Shown here one piece after another: positions 36,973 through 49,699 of a DNA stretch of 64,000 nt. The stretch lies in NCBI GenBank assembly GCA_951406725.2, contig OX597818.1:60636001-60700000 (forward strand), given 5' to 3'. Within the stretch, counting starts at the first letter, position 1. Each line of letters begins with the position of its first letter. The DNA is from Octopus vulgaris. Lineage: Eukaryota. The notes beneath the pieces were generated by a model. That model was not told the DNA's origin and searched no databases. It worked only from the letters and a program-made list of their open reading frames with translations. The translations under genes were made by a program, and so were the position numbers.

Positions 36973-37829
36973 CTATATAAAATAAAGAAAACAAAAGACA
37001 ACCACAATTCCTAGGAAAATTACCAATGTCAAATTGCCCACTAAAACATCAATAGTCAAGAGTGTGGTTGCCCTCACTTCAGAACTAGCATATTAAAGAC
37101 GCGTCGTTTTTTTTGCTGTAGAAAATAACTTTACCTGTTCGTTAAAAACTTTATTCTCTTAAATGTCAAGGATTTTATGAAAAATCGTTAGGAAAAAAGA
37201 AACTTAAGAAATAGATTAACGAATCATCATCAACACATCCTTAAGAAAAAAGAAACTTACCTTGAGAATAGATTGACAAAGTATCGTCATCAAATACGAG
37301 ATCTTAGTATTAGACAGGTTTTACTAATTGAATAGTTAGACAAACAAATTATGCAACTAAGAAATTATCGCATTTCTAGCTTTTCTACTTCGTTCTAACA
37401 AAACAATGAATGGAAGCCGGACAAATAACATAAATAATGCAAATATATTCATTAAAAGTACGAACCACGACTGAATAAGCCGCAACAACAGATCGAAAAC
37501 TTACAGTGGTTAATAACAATAGCATTAAATCCTCAAGATATTACACAGTTGTTGATCACACACCCACAAACAAACACATAGAAAAGCATCATCGCATAAA
37601 TATACAGATGCATATTCTCAGATCAGTTGTCTGCAAGCAACTTATTTTTCTGTTTCAGTTATTCCACACTGTCACGTGACACTTTCACTGGATTAACACG
37701 TATTTGACGTATCTTATAATAATCGTCCACCTTGTCACGTAACGTAAAAAGCATTGGTCACAAAAACTAATCAGATTCTGTGTGGACTCGTCACCATCTC
37801 TATCTGGTTATACTATATTATAAAGTGAA

Positions 37830-38527
37830 GGAAGGCGGTTCAGTGGTTAGGGCATTCCGCTCGCGACTGTAAGGTATTGAGTTCAATTCCCGGCGATGCA
37901 TTGTGTCCTTGAGCAAGACACTTTATTTCACGTTACTCTAGTTTACTCAGCTGGCAAAAATGAGTAGTACCTGTATTTCAAAGAGCCAGCCTTGTCATAC
38001 TCTGTGACATACTGAATCTCCATGAGAACTACGTTAAGGGTACACGTCTCTGAGGAGTGCTCAGCCACTTGCACGTTAATTTCACGAGTAGGCTGTTCCG
38101 TTGATCGGATCAGCTGGGAGCCTCGCCGTCGTAACCAGCGGATTGTTCCTATCCTATATCAATATGTTTAAGCGCAATGGCCCATAGGTTAGTGTAGCGG
38201 ACTCGCGGTCGTAGGATCGATTTTCAATTCACAGACTGGGCGTTGTGAGTATTTATTGAGAAAAAACATCTAAAGCTCCACGTGGATCCGGCAGGGGTGG
38301 TGAAGAACCCTGCTATATTCTTTCACCACAACTTTCTCTCACTCTTTCTTCCTGTTTCTGTTGTACCTGTATTTCAAAGAGCCAGCCTTGTCACACTCTG
38401 TGTCACGCTGAATCTCCCCGCGAACTACGCTAAGGGTACGCGTGTCCGTGGAGTGCTCAGCCACTTACACGTTAATTTCACGAGCAGGCTGTTCCGTTGA
38501 TCGGATCAACGGGAACCCTCGTCGTCG
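37830..38527 (+). mobile_element. Two tandem SINE family C copies
   Basis: Family alignment (37830-38145 and 38170-38527). Confidence 0.8.
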
Positions 38528-38846
38528 ATAACATATAGAATGGCAAATAGAATAGCTCTGTCAAAAAGAGTTAACTTTCAAACCCCACAGCCGAGACAGT
38601 TACGGTGTATATCAAAGTGCCCCCATCTCACACTACCTTTGTAAAGTAATGGAATTGTTAAATTATTTAAAATAAATGATCTTGAAATCTCCAAGTGCAT
38701 TGCGAATTTCCTTTATACTTCTAATCATGTAAAAAATTATACTTTCCTCTGCATGTGTATATATGTGTGTGAGTGTATGTGTGTCTATGCATATATATAT
38801 ATATATATATATACATGCAGAGATAGATAGATATTTATATATATAG

Positions 38847-38895
<49 letters not shown>

Positions 38896-40610
38896 AATAT
38901 ATATATATATGTATGTATGTATATGTGCATGTATATATATATGTGTGTGTGTATGTATGTATGCATGTATATATATATACATACACACACACATATATAT
39001 ACAAATATATACACATATCTTCATACATACCTGTATAAATGTGTACATGCAATGTTGTATATGCTTATATTTGTGTGTGTGTGTGCCTGTAGATATATGT
39101 GAGGTTTATGTGTGTACGTATGTGTGTGTACCAAATCATTAGGAAATGCAATCGCAAAAAGAAACTTTATCATCCAAACAAATAGATATATTCTTTAAAA
39201 GATTGAAATGTTCATGAAGTCAAAAATCAAACACGCCGGAAATTAAAGATGGTATTTCGGAAGGAAAGATCTTCAAATATTTTTGTTTAGTATTCTATTC
39301 TGTAAAATTATGTAAAAGTATTTAGTTGTTTTTTCAGCTTTTATTTTCTTTAAATAATGTGAATTTTGTGTTTATGTAAACGACTTTTACAAAACGTGTG
39401 ATGCAAATCTCACAAAATCCCATGTGAAGTAAATAAGTTGGAGAAAGAAATAAGTGAAGAATTCCTTAAAGAACTGAAATAAATTACTGTGAAATTATCC
39501 GTTATAACTGAAATGGTGGAGGAATTTCCTGGAATTTCAAGGGACTATCTAGCAGGAAGAGATAGAAGATCGGGTCTGTAATAACATGAAGGTATTATGC
39601 AAAAACGTTGAAACAATTATTTAGACAAGTAAGTTGCTACTTACACAATCATCTGAAAATATTCCCAGAGCTTCTTTTCTTATAAAATACCGGATAGGAT
39701 TTGAAGCATGCTGAGAAATAAAAATAAAGTGGAAGTTTATGGAGGTTGAATAGCTTCAATTCCACTGATATTGCCAAGAAAATTACAACAGAAACTGATA
39801 AATGAAGAATGAGAAGAACAGAAAAGACTACAAGAAAAATTTGTCTCTTGATGAAATGCAAAGCAAAATTGAATTGTTGGAACCGAGAGCAGAGGTAAAC
39901 GAATGGAAATACAAAGACAGCAATGACTAAGAAATAAAAAGTGAAAATTAGAAAAAAAAAACTGATGGAAAATTACGAAAAAATTACTCGATATGGTGGC
40001 AAGCAAGAATGCAAAAACAAAAAACTGATATCATTGCAAATGTGGAAAAAGAAAAGAATGCATTTTTTGCTACGAGGTGCAATTTCAAAAAGAATGTGCT
40101 TCTCAGAAAGCCTTTATTTATTTGTTTATTTGTTTGTTTGTTTGTTTTTGATTTTTTTTTTTACAGAAAAACAACATAAAAAGCGATGCTGAAGGCGCTG
40201 AACAAACAAGCGCGAGGCCCCAATTATCACCGATACAATCAAAATAGGTTAACGTCAGACAGAACCTTTCACAGTAGCAGAACCAGAAGCTTTCAGAGAC
40301 GTCCATCATTTTAGCTATTGGAATAAATCAACAAGCAGGAATCTGGTCTCTAGTAGAAACAGTTTCCAAATTAGAAGGAATAGAAGTGAATTTAGACAAA
40401 ACTGCGATCGATTCATAAGAAATAACTCTACAGCACAGAAATAAACGCACAATATTAAAACACAGTCATTTGAGAAAAAATAACATAGATAATACTAATG
40501 ACAAAAATAATGAAGAAGAACCCCACGATGATGATGATGATGATGACATGAATAGTAGTCTCTCTTCAGTTTTTCTTGTTAAGGTTAACTTCTACCCTGA
40601 TATTACCTCG

Positions 40611-40689
<79 letters not shown>

Positions 40690-40693
40690 CAGA

Positions 40694-41407
40694 ATTTCTA
40701 ATATTTTCGGTATTTGGTTTTGAGCAACTTGCTGCAATTAACCCTTTATTATAATTAATATAATTCTTACCAAATATGGTCTTTTCCATACCGAAAAATC
40801 TACTAGGTGAAATTTATTAATTTTATTAAATTAATTATATCTCACCCTTTTTTGTATATTGAATACTATTGCTCCCTTACAAGAAATCTACGAAACTTCG
40901 TTTCGTTGGTAATGTTTTTGTAACTCACGTGGTAATTTTGGAGGGAGATACGAATTCGCCTGTCTATATAAATGTAGAGATGCTAGCGGACCGTTAGATC
41001 GTTCGATGTCGCCTGATTGAGCTGGTGTAATGGGTGAGTTTTTTCCTAGCATTTCTAGATTTATAGGAAATATTATATTGATAAGGAAATGAACTTTCGG
41101 TTCTAATCCAGAAGCGATTCGTCTATAATTAATCCAATAGGCTGGGATTTCGTTATTTTCTTTCTCTTTACCATATACGGGTTACAAATTCTGTTTGTTT
41201 GTGGAGACTTTTTTAGTAGTAGGAGAAATAGTGATCTATTTGGCTGCTATTTCTAATATTTTCGGTATGTGGTTTTGAGCAACTTGTTGCAATTAACCCT
41301 TTATTATAATTAATATAATTCTTACCAAATATGGTCTTTTCCATACTGAAAAATCTACTAGGTGAAATTTATTAATTTTATTAAATTAATTATATTTAAC
41401 CCTTTTT

Positions 41408-41414
<7 letters not shown>
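40694..41414. mobile_element. (TA)n-flanked element with ~165-bp terminal direct repeats (pLTR-like)
   Basis: 40694-40859 is repeated at 41249-41414. Confidence 0.6.
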
Positions 41415-41441
<27 letters not shown>

Positions 41442-41444
<3 letters not shown>

Positions 41445-41585
41445 GAGTAGTTGAATGAATATCTTATTATGGATAATTCGGTTAACCGATACCTGGGTAG
41501 CAAATTCACGTCAGAAAAACACGGTTGAAGCTACATGCCTAGGGCTGAGATCACGTGTTATCGTGTGGAAATTTGTGTGTTTTTT
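41442..41585 (-). mobile_element. (TA)n-abutting repeat terminus; second copy at about 49288-49415 in opposite orientation
   Basis: Shared GGATAATTCGGTTAACCGATACCTGGGTAGCAAATTCAC block. Confidence 0.6.
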
Positions 41586-41632
41586 GAATATAAATAAATG
41601 TATATATACAAATATATATATATATATATATA

Positions 41633-41785
41633 TCCAGAGGTAATGCAGTACGATCGTTTCAAGCAACTCCATTTAATTGAACAATGCAATCAATATATCA
41701 ATTTTAATCACCTTATTTTGAAATTGTATGGATAATAGCATACTAAATTCTGGTGCCTCAACTTAAGTACCATATTCATCTGAAT
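41633..41785. mobile_element. Rearranged copy of the 5567-6014 HHR element (inverted HHR 3' half plus tail)
   Basis: ATGCAGTACGATCGTTTCA (minus-strand HHR half) joined to the reverse complement of about 5585-5665. Confidence 0.65.
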
Positions 41786-41831
41786 ATATATATATATATA
41801 CTTGCCTTTTGTAAATTGAGATCTCTATTAT

Positions 41832-42064
41832 ATATTTCTTTACTGCCCACAAGGGGCTAAACATAGAGGGGACAAACATGGACAGACAAAGGGATTAAGT
41901 CGATTACATCGACCCCAGTGCGTAACTGGTTCTTAATTTATCGACCCCGAAAGGATGAAAGGCAAAGTCGACCTCGGCGGAATTTGAACTCAGAACGTAA
42001 CGGCAGACGAAATACGGCTACACATTTCGCCCGACGTGCTAATGTTTCTGCCAGCTCACCGCCT
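41832..42064 (-). mobile_element. SINE family B, full length
   Basis: TSD TGAGATCTCTATTATAT on both sides. Confidence 0.9.
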
Positions 42065-42119
42065 GAGATCTCTATTATATTTTTATACTATTTTGGATTT
42101 GTATCCACAAACAACATTC

Positions 42120-42760
42120 TGTGAAATTCTTAGGCATTTTTACACCAAGAAGATAGGAAGAGGTGTGTCTTTTTTTTTTTGCTAATATGTAAGAGATTAA
42201 ACTTTAAAAAAAACAATGCACTAACGTTGTTATTCCTTCAAATATCTTGAATGTTGGTACCTCGAAAGTTGTTTTCTATTAAGAAAAGCTGGATGGCCAT
42301 ATTTTTTCAAGTCTAGTGTAATAGACTTTGGCTTTTCAATCATTGCTCACAGCACCCTTTAAACGAATTATTTCGCCAATATCTAGATATTTGTAGCGCT
42401 CATTGTGTAGAACAGAAGAGATGAGGAGACCATTCATATAAATAGTCTTTGGTTTGACAAGCAATTTTCCAACGTTAAACCAGCAAATATAAACATTTCT
42501 TTGGGTAATATTACATTCTTTTATCAGAAGCTTCTCAGCATTATAAATGTTTCTCAGCATTTTAAATGTTTGCATTATAGATGCTTAGGTCACTCGTTAA
42601 GGAAATATGCGTTACATTAGTGTATCATGCTTTTCTAGACACTAACACATAACCATTGGAATTTGCTTTAAAGAATGACAATGGATTTAGAGCTGAAGTA
42701 AAAAGTATCGCAGAAGACTGGTATTGTAAGGTTTATAGCATTCTAAACAGTCTTTCTGCT
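42120..42760 (-). mobile_element. R4/Dong-like LINE reverse-transcriptase fragment (decayed)
   Basis: Frameshifted SALNPLSF...GY...VTH...SDLSIY...GKL...IYMNGL...YKYLDIGE motifs. Confidence 0.6.
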
Positions 42761-42895
42761 TTCGTTTCAAAGTATGAGGATTGTTCTTTGGGAATCTTGG
42801 TCTTTGGGAATCTTTCAATGACAGGGAATGGATCTAATAGTCGGATAGGTGTACAAGATGTTGGTATTCTACAGGAAGTCATTCTCTTTCACTCC

Positions 42896-42915
42896 TATGT
42901 ATGTATATATGTATG

Positions 42916-42949
<34 letters not shown>

Positions 42950-43170
42950 TGTATGTATGTATGTATGTATGTATGTGTGTATGAATGTATGTTTGTATGT
43001 ATGTTTGTATGTATGTATGTATGTATGTGTGTATGTATGTATGTATGTATGTGTGTATGAATGTATGTTTGTATGTATGTATGTATGTATGTATGTGTGT
43101 ATGAATGTATGTTTGTATGTATGTATGTATGTATGTATGTATGTGTGTGTGTGTATGTATGTATGTATGT
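42896..43170. repeat. (TATG)n microsatellite
   Basis: Directly visible. Confidence 0.9.
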
Positions 43171-43442
43171 TTGCATGTATTTATTCATGCGTGTATGTAC
43201 ATATATATATATATATATATATCAACACACATACATGTAGACATACATACATACGCATCTATACCATCTCTACTTTCGTGAGTACATATATATATATATA
43301 TATATATATATGCATGTATGTATGTATATATGCATGTTTGTATGTGTTTATCCATGTGTCTATGTACATATATATATATATATAAACACACATGCATGTA
43401 GACATACATACATGCACATCCATACTATCTCTACTTTCGTTA

Positions 43443-43485
<43 letters not shown>

Positions 43486-43972
43486 CATGTATGTATGTGT
43501 ATGTGTGTGTGTGAACCCACAGATATAAAGAGCTATGAAAACAAGCTTAACACATCAAATTGGTTTGTCGTAGCAGGGATAAATATTGTATTCAATCTTA
43601 GGACGAGCTATTATTCACCTTACAACTTATGAATTCATATAAATGCTTGATTTCGCAGCGCGAACTATTACTGTTTTCCTCTGGTTTTTGTTATTCATCT
43701 GGAGTGTTTACATTGAGATATTTTATTACCACATGCTGTACAGGAATCTCCTAGGTGTTCTTTCAGAGTGACAACATCTGCATACGAGCGGTATTTATAG
43801 TCAAAACGTGTTATCACATAGTTTCTACTGTCTCTTGCGATATCGGGAATAACTTTTTAATGTGAGAGAGTTTCTTTTTGCACCAGTCTCATCAAAAATG
43901 ATCTTCCGCCTGATGATATTTTAAATAAAACGGGAAGGTCATTTTGAAACTACAGTTTTGAAGCGTATATAT

Positions 43973-44045
43973 CAGCGGTTCCCAAACTGGGGTCCGCGGA
44001 TCTCTCCTGGTCCGCAAAGGTAGTACAGGGGTCCGTGAACTAAAT
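43973..44045 (+). mobile_element. hAT MITE left end
   Basis: CAGCGGTTCCCAAACTGGGGTCCGCGG is a Charlie-type TIR with subterminal GGTCCG repeats. Confidence 0.55.
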
Positions 44046-44315
44046 TTAAAATTTCATATATATACATATATATGTCAAAAGGATGTGTCATAACACTATA
44101 CCACATATACAAAAACAGCCATACTAACAATCCAACATACCTCCATCGTCAGCTGCCTTACGGATATCATTATAGTTTCGACACCTAGGCAGAATCATTC
44201 AATCCGGCGGTGTTAACAGCACTAAAAGAAGTGTTGTTTGGGAACAAACATACCAAAAAAACCACAAATTTCAAAAACATTTACCCGTTGTACAACAGTA
44301 TTCAATCTAGATGTA

Positions 44316-44470
44316 TGTGGTCTGATCAATAAGTATCCGGACTGTTGCCATAGTAATGAAGCTAAAACACGCAGAGTAACGCCGCTTGGCAAAGATTAAT
44401 CTTAAACTCAACTGTGCATGTGCACTAAGATTTAATGTTCTATCTCACTTTTGCTGTTTACAGCAGATAA
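44316..44470 (+). mobile_element. mariner-type terminal fragment
   Basis: TGTGGTCTGATCAATAAGTATCCGGACT resembles mariner TIRs and is preceded by TA. Confidence 0.4.
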
Positions 44471-44559
44471 TTTTTTGTCGTGTCGAAACTCTTAGGGTGT
44501 GTATTAGCTTAAGTTTGGAAAGATTTATTTCCTCGGTAATTCTTTGAAATCTCCATATA

Positions 44560-44735
44560 GGCGCAGGAGTGGCTTTGTGGTAAATAGCTTGCTTACCACC
44601 CACATGGTTCCGAGTTCAGTCCCATTGCATGGCACCTTGGGCAAGTGTCTTCTATTTTAGCCTCGGGCCGACCAAAGCCTTGTGAGTGGATTTGGTAGGT
44701 GGAAACTGAAAGAAGCCCGTCGTATAAATAAATAA

Positions 44736-44771
<36 letters not shown>

Positions 44772-45275
44772 TTGTCTCCCTCAACGTCGCTTGACAACCG
44801 ATGCTGGTGTGTTTACGTCCCCGTAACTTAGCGGTTCCGAAAAGAGACCGATATAATAAGTGCTAGGCTTAACAAGAATAAGTCCCGGGGTCGATTTTCT
44901 CGACTAAAGGCGGTGCTCCAGCATGGCCGCAGTCAAATGACTGAAACAAATAAACGAATAGAAGAATATAGTTGTGTGTAACTTAGTGGTTGCGGTATTC
45001 GACTCACATTCGCGAGTTCGATTCCAGGGGGCGCATTGCGTCCCTGAGCAAGACACTTTATTTCCCGTTGCTCTAGACCATTCAGCTGGCAATAATGAGT
45101 TATTCCTATAATTCAAAGGTTCAACCTTGTCCCATTCTGTATCGTGCTGAATCTCCCTGAGAACTATGTTAAGGGTACGTGAGTCTGTGGAACACTCAGC
45201 CACTTGTACGTTAATTTAACAATCAAGCTGTCCATTGATCAGACCAACACTAGTTTCCGTAACCGACGGAGTGTC
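44560..45275 (+). mobile_element. SINE family A (44560-44960) followed by a diverged SINE family C
   Basis: Family alignment. Confidence 0.8.
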
Positions 45276-45742
45276 TGTTGTTATGGTAACAAGATTCTCA
45301 CACGCTTTCTTATAATATTGGAATTAAATTCTGAAATAAATGCAATGACTCCAAGAAGGTGACAATACTTCGACGCTCTTCAATATTTTGTGGCTCTTTC
45401 ACATACAGTTTGTGTTTTTTTTATTATTGCTTGTATTATCGTTTGTAATAACAGGAAAGATCACCGAAGTCAAGTTTGTTTGGTGAGTTTTTACAAGATA
45501 ATCCGACCTGAAATCTTAGTTGGTTCTTTTACAGTCAGTAAAAGAAGGCCAGATACGGATCAAGGCTGAATTCGATCGATATATTTGTAGAGAAAAGCGC
45601 TCAAAGGCACATTCTAAAAACCGTTTTGATTTTCTTTCCTTTTTTTTCTATTTTCATGTAAAACATTTTAATATATTACGGTTTTTACAATCACAAACAT
45701 ACACTGTCATATAAATGTGTGCATTGCGCATTGTATATAATA

Positions 45743-46138
45743 CTAGCTGTATCGCCCGGCGTTGCTGGGGTTTGTAAGGGAAATAACTATATAAGCATTT
45801 TTAGAGATGTAAAGTATAATAGCCATCTCAATATGGCTAACCACAAAGGGGGGTGTTACTGTAGCTTTTTACGTTCTGAGATTTAATAATGAATTTTTAG
45901 AGAGTTACTTCCCTTATATATGCCAAAAATGCATTAAAAATGTGAAAAATTGATGGTAAATTTTTTTTTTAAATCGTAGACTCATTGTAGACGCGCGCTA
46001 ATACCCAGAAGGGCTCGATATGAATCACGACTATAAGATACCCGCTTTTGGTTAAACTGCACCGCAAAATGTGGGAGTAGTTAGGAATCTAAATCGTAGG
46101 AGACAGACAGCACACGACCTCTCTTTTATATATAAAGA
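45743..46138 (-). mobile_element. Non-autonomous Helitron
   Basis: Minus strand begins TC, ends with the hairpin CCCAGCAACGCCGGG then CTAG; inserted between A and T with no TSD. Confidence 0.8.
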
Positions 46139-46309
46139 TATTATGTTGTTAGTTATAAGCAATCTCCGACGTGGCTTTGTGGTAAGAGATTTGCTTCCGA
46201 AACACAGTATTTTGAGTTCAGTCTACAGCCGCTACTTGGGCTGACCAAAGCCTTGTCAATGGATTTGGTAGACGGAAACTGAAAGAGGACCGTCTTGTCT
46301 ATATATGTT

Positions 46310-46655
46310 CTTTTATTCTGGAGTATCACCTTTTAGTCGAACAAATCGAGCCGAGGACTTTTTTGTAAGCCTAGTACTTATTCTATCGGTCTCTTTTGCC
46401 GAACCGCTAATGTTACAGGGACGTAAGCACACCACATCGGTTGTCAAGCGACGGTGTGGGGACAAGCACAGACACACAAACATATATATATATATATATA
46501 CGACGCTCTTTCAGTTTCCGTCTACCAAATCCACTCACAAGGCTTTGGTCGGCCCGAGGATATAGATGAAGACACTTGCCCAAGGTGCCTCGCAGTGGGA
46601 CTGAACCCAGAACCATGTGGTTGGGAAGCAAGCTTCGTACCACACAGCCACGCCT
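46310..46655 (-). mobile_element. SINE family A
   Basis: Family alignment. Confidence 0.8.
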
Positions 46656-46734
46656 ATATATATATTTATGTGTATGTGTGTGTACATATTCATGTATGTA
46701 CATGCGTGTTTGTGTATGTATATTTTATGCCTGT

Positions 46735-47009
46735 TTGTATGTATATGTGTGTACGTGCGTGCGTGTGTGTATGTATGTATGTATGTATGTATGTATGTGT
46801 GTGTGTCTATGTATGTATGCATTATGTATGTATATATGTATGTATGTGTGTGTGTATGTATGTATGTATGTATGTATGTATGTATGTATGTATGTATGTA
46901 TGTATGTATGTGTGTGTGTATGTATGTATGTATGTATGTATGTATGTGTGTATGTATGTATGTATGTATGTATGTATGTAGATATGTATGTATGTATGTA
47001 TGTATGTAG

Positions 47010-47040
<31 letters not shown>

Positions 47041-47107
47041 GATATGTATGTATGTGTATGTATGTATGTATGTATGTATGTATGCATGTATGTATATATG
47101 TATGTAT
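46735..47107. repeat. (TATG)n microsatellite
   Basis: Directly visible. Confidence 0.9.
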
Positions 47108-48434
47108 TAGGTAGTGCGTGCTTGCGTATTGATTTCTTTCTCTCCATAGAATGTTATTTAATAAGATTAAACACACATTCACGTCTCACAATTTGAGAGT
47201 GTTTCTAAAAGCGACCGTGGATTTGATATATTTATCTGGTTTTATCAAAGCCTTGTCTTCCGACAATTTTTCTCTTTGTTTCAACCTAATTCTTCCGGTG
47301 CAATTTCCCGTACGTCCCTTCTGAAGAAAAGGACTAACATTAACTTTAGTAGCCTGTCGACATTGTAATCTCTCCACTGATCCACATCTATAGAAATCTT
47401 GAATTACAGAAACTATTTTTTTTTTAAACGTGTTTATGTTTTCACCGGTGTTTACTTTAATCTAGAAACGTATTAAGATTTTTCAGGCTACATTTCGTAC
47501 AAATCTTGCAAATCACAATTGTAATAGGAAAAAACACATAACCCATTAATGTCGCAGACACGACTGTATCGTTGAGAAGTTAGCATCGTAACTACATGGT
47601 ACTGGGATCGATCCTATTCACGGCACTTTGGACAAATAACAGCCTGAAGTTGGTCAATACCTTATTAAATGAGAATTGATCAACAGAATCTCTATGGTGG
47701 TTCGTCGGAGGAGCCTTATTCTTTTTAATTCCTCACTTGCTTTAACATAATGTTGGCCATGTCTTGTCTATTGCATGTATTAAAACCAGATCACATGAGG
47801 AAAATCCTGAGGAAACACTAACCCTTGCTTTCTCCTTCCAACCCTAATACCCTAAATAGGGGACCTGGGTGCTCCCATTCCTACACTCACTGAGATTTTA
47901 AATGTCTTGACTTATTAATCATGTTTCACCTTCATTTAAGCACTTCTGACCCGCCCTTCTTCTTTGCTCATTTCTTAATGAGTTACCTGCCCAGCTATAT
48001 TCCACATGAAGCAGTTTCATACCCACAAATATCATCTGAAAATATCTGCAGAGACGACAATCGATGCTTTCCGCTCCCAACGGGAATTTAACATAAGCAT
48101 ATTTCAGTTGGGATGTACGGTCGATTAATCAATCTCGATGTTCGATTGGAGCATGTTTCAAATATATCTGTGAAATGTCTTCACTGCAGTCTGATTTGAA
48201 TTATGGATGTAAAGGAACGTAAAGAAAATTTACAATATGTTGAGACTAGCGCTTTGTAAATTCAGGAGAGTTCACCAAATTCCTTCCTCTTCAACTAGAC
48301 ACAGAGAGAAAGGTTTTTTAGCCAGCAAACAAAGCTACAAACATAGATACATACATACAAACATACATACATACATACATACATACATACATACATACAT
48401 ACATACATACATACATACATACATACATACATGA

Positions 48435-48763
48435 TAATAATAATAATGTTCGTCCTTCGGGTTCGAAGATGACCATTGACATCATTTAGTGGAATTGCTG
48501 CTATGAGACCGGATGTGGCTGGTGAGGCCAATCCGGGCAAGAAAACCCCTCCCACAGGTGGGGCAGAAGTGGGTAGGGGCTGTGCTATTGGTGCAGGTGG
48601 CTCTGGCTTTCCGCATCTGGCGTTTCTGTTCTGCTGACTGAATCCGTCTCTCCTCGGCTGTCTTTGCTCCTGTGGTGATTGCGCTGCGCCAGGATGAGCG
48701 GTCGGCAGCAAGTGTCTCCCAAGTCTTTGTGCCGATGGATAAGACACTTGCTGCCAACCGCTC
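48435..48763 (-). mobile_element. RTE-clade LINE 3' end (5'-truncated)
   Basis: WETLAADRSSWRSAI...KRQMRKAR...HFCPTCGRGFLARIGLTSHIRSH* is the typical RTE C-terminus with C2H2 finger; short 3' UTR and (TTA)n tail, inserted in (TACA)n. Confidence 0.85.
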
Positions 48764-48889
48764 TATACATACATACATACATACATATATATATATATAT
48801 TAGAAGAAATGAGGTACTCAGAAATCTGGATGGTTTATATTTACAGATATTTATTAGTATGCTACATATTTTTATAAATCATCTTCAAA

Positions 48890-48922
48890 TTGAAGACTCC
48901 ACTAGAGTGGACGAAAGCGCTA
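48890..48922 (+). ncRNA. Hammerhead-like motif (C3U variant, stem I lost at a fold-back junction)
   Basis: TTGAAGA-C-TCCAC/TAGA/GTGGA-C-GAA-AGCGCT-A. Confidence 0.5.
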
Positions 48923-49417
48923 GTATATGATATATGATTTATAAAAATAGATTCAGTGTGACACAGAGTGTGACAAGGCTGGCCCTTTGAAATATAGGTA
49001 CCACAGAAACAGGAAGAAAGAGTGAGTGAAAGTTGTGGTGGAAGAGTACATTGCGTCTCCATATATATATGTGTGTGTGCGTGTATATATATATATATAT
49101 ATATATATAAATATATGAAAGAGTTGAACGATCGAATTAACAAAATGCGTTCGCATTTATTTTCGACATATGACGCCACCCCGCCAGCTAAGCATGCAGG
49201 CCAACTGAAGAAAGAGTGAGAGAAAGAGTGGCGAAGGAGTACATCAGGAAAATCAAGGAACTTATGTCAACATCAAGATGCAATCGAAACAAACAAACAA
49301 ATTTCCACACGAAAGCACGTAACGTCAAACGTGTCTTCTCTGATGTGAATTTGCTACCCAGGTATCGGTTAACCGAATTATCCATAACAAGATAATTCAT
49401 TCAACTACTCAAATATT

Positions 49418-49529
<112 letters not shown>

Positions 49530-49657
49530 AGTTCAAAGGGTTACCGTGTTTCCTCTTAGATCGGTCCACAGACGAATGTTGTAAATAACTGTTTAATAAA
49601 ATTATTGATGTGGAAAATCTCTGTTCTTCTGATTATTATTATTAATAACGCGCGCGC

Positions 49658-49699
<42 letters not shown>

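Larger units (their letters stand above)
35300..37240 (+). mobile_element. Decayed Penelope-like element ORF (RT, thumb, GIY-YIG), interrupted by a MITE and a SINE
   Basis: Frameshifted translation: KGYLGDCFVLW (YLDD-like), NIQFTME, FLDILI, IYYNPTDYRQY, KANTPFDLARRTCAI, KRQPQFL, ECGCPHFRTS, KCQGFYEKSLG, LRNRLTNHHQHI. Confidence 0.8.

Noticed and set aside
39130-40420. Purine-rich unique segment resembling a decayed coiled-coil coding region
   Set aside because: Frequent stops in all frames and no recognisable domain motif; cannot be supported without a translated search.
44140-44225. Minus-strand CTGACGA and GTCGAAAC near each other
   Set aside because: The boxes are in an order and spacing that I could not fold into a three-stem hammerhead.
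48005-48045. Minus-strand CAGATGA...TGAAACTGC
   Set aside because: Altered core, weak stem II and no stem I; compatible with chance.
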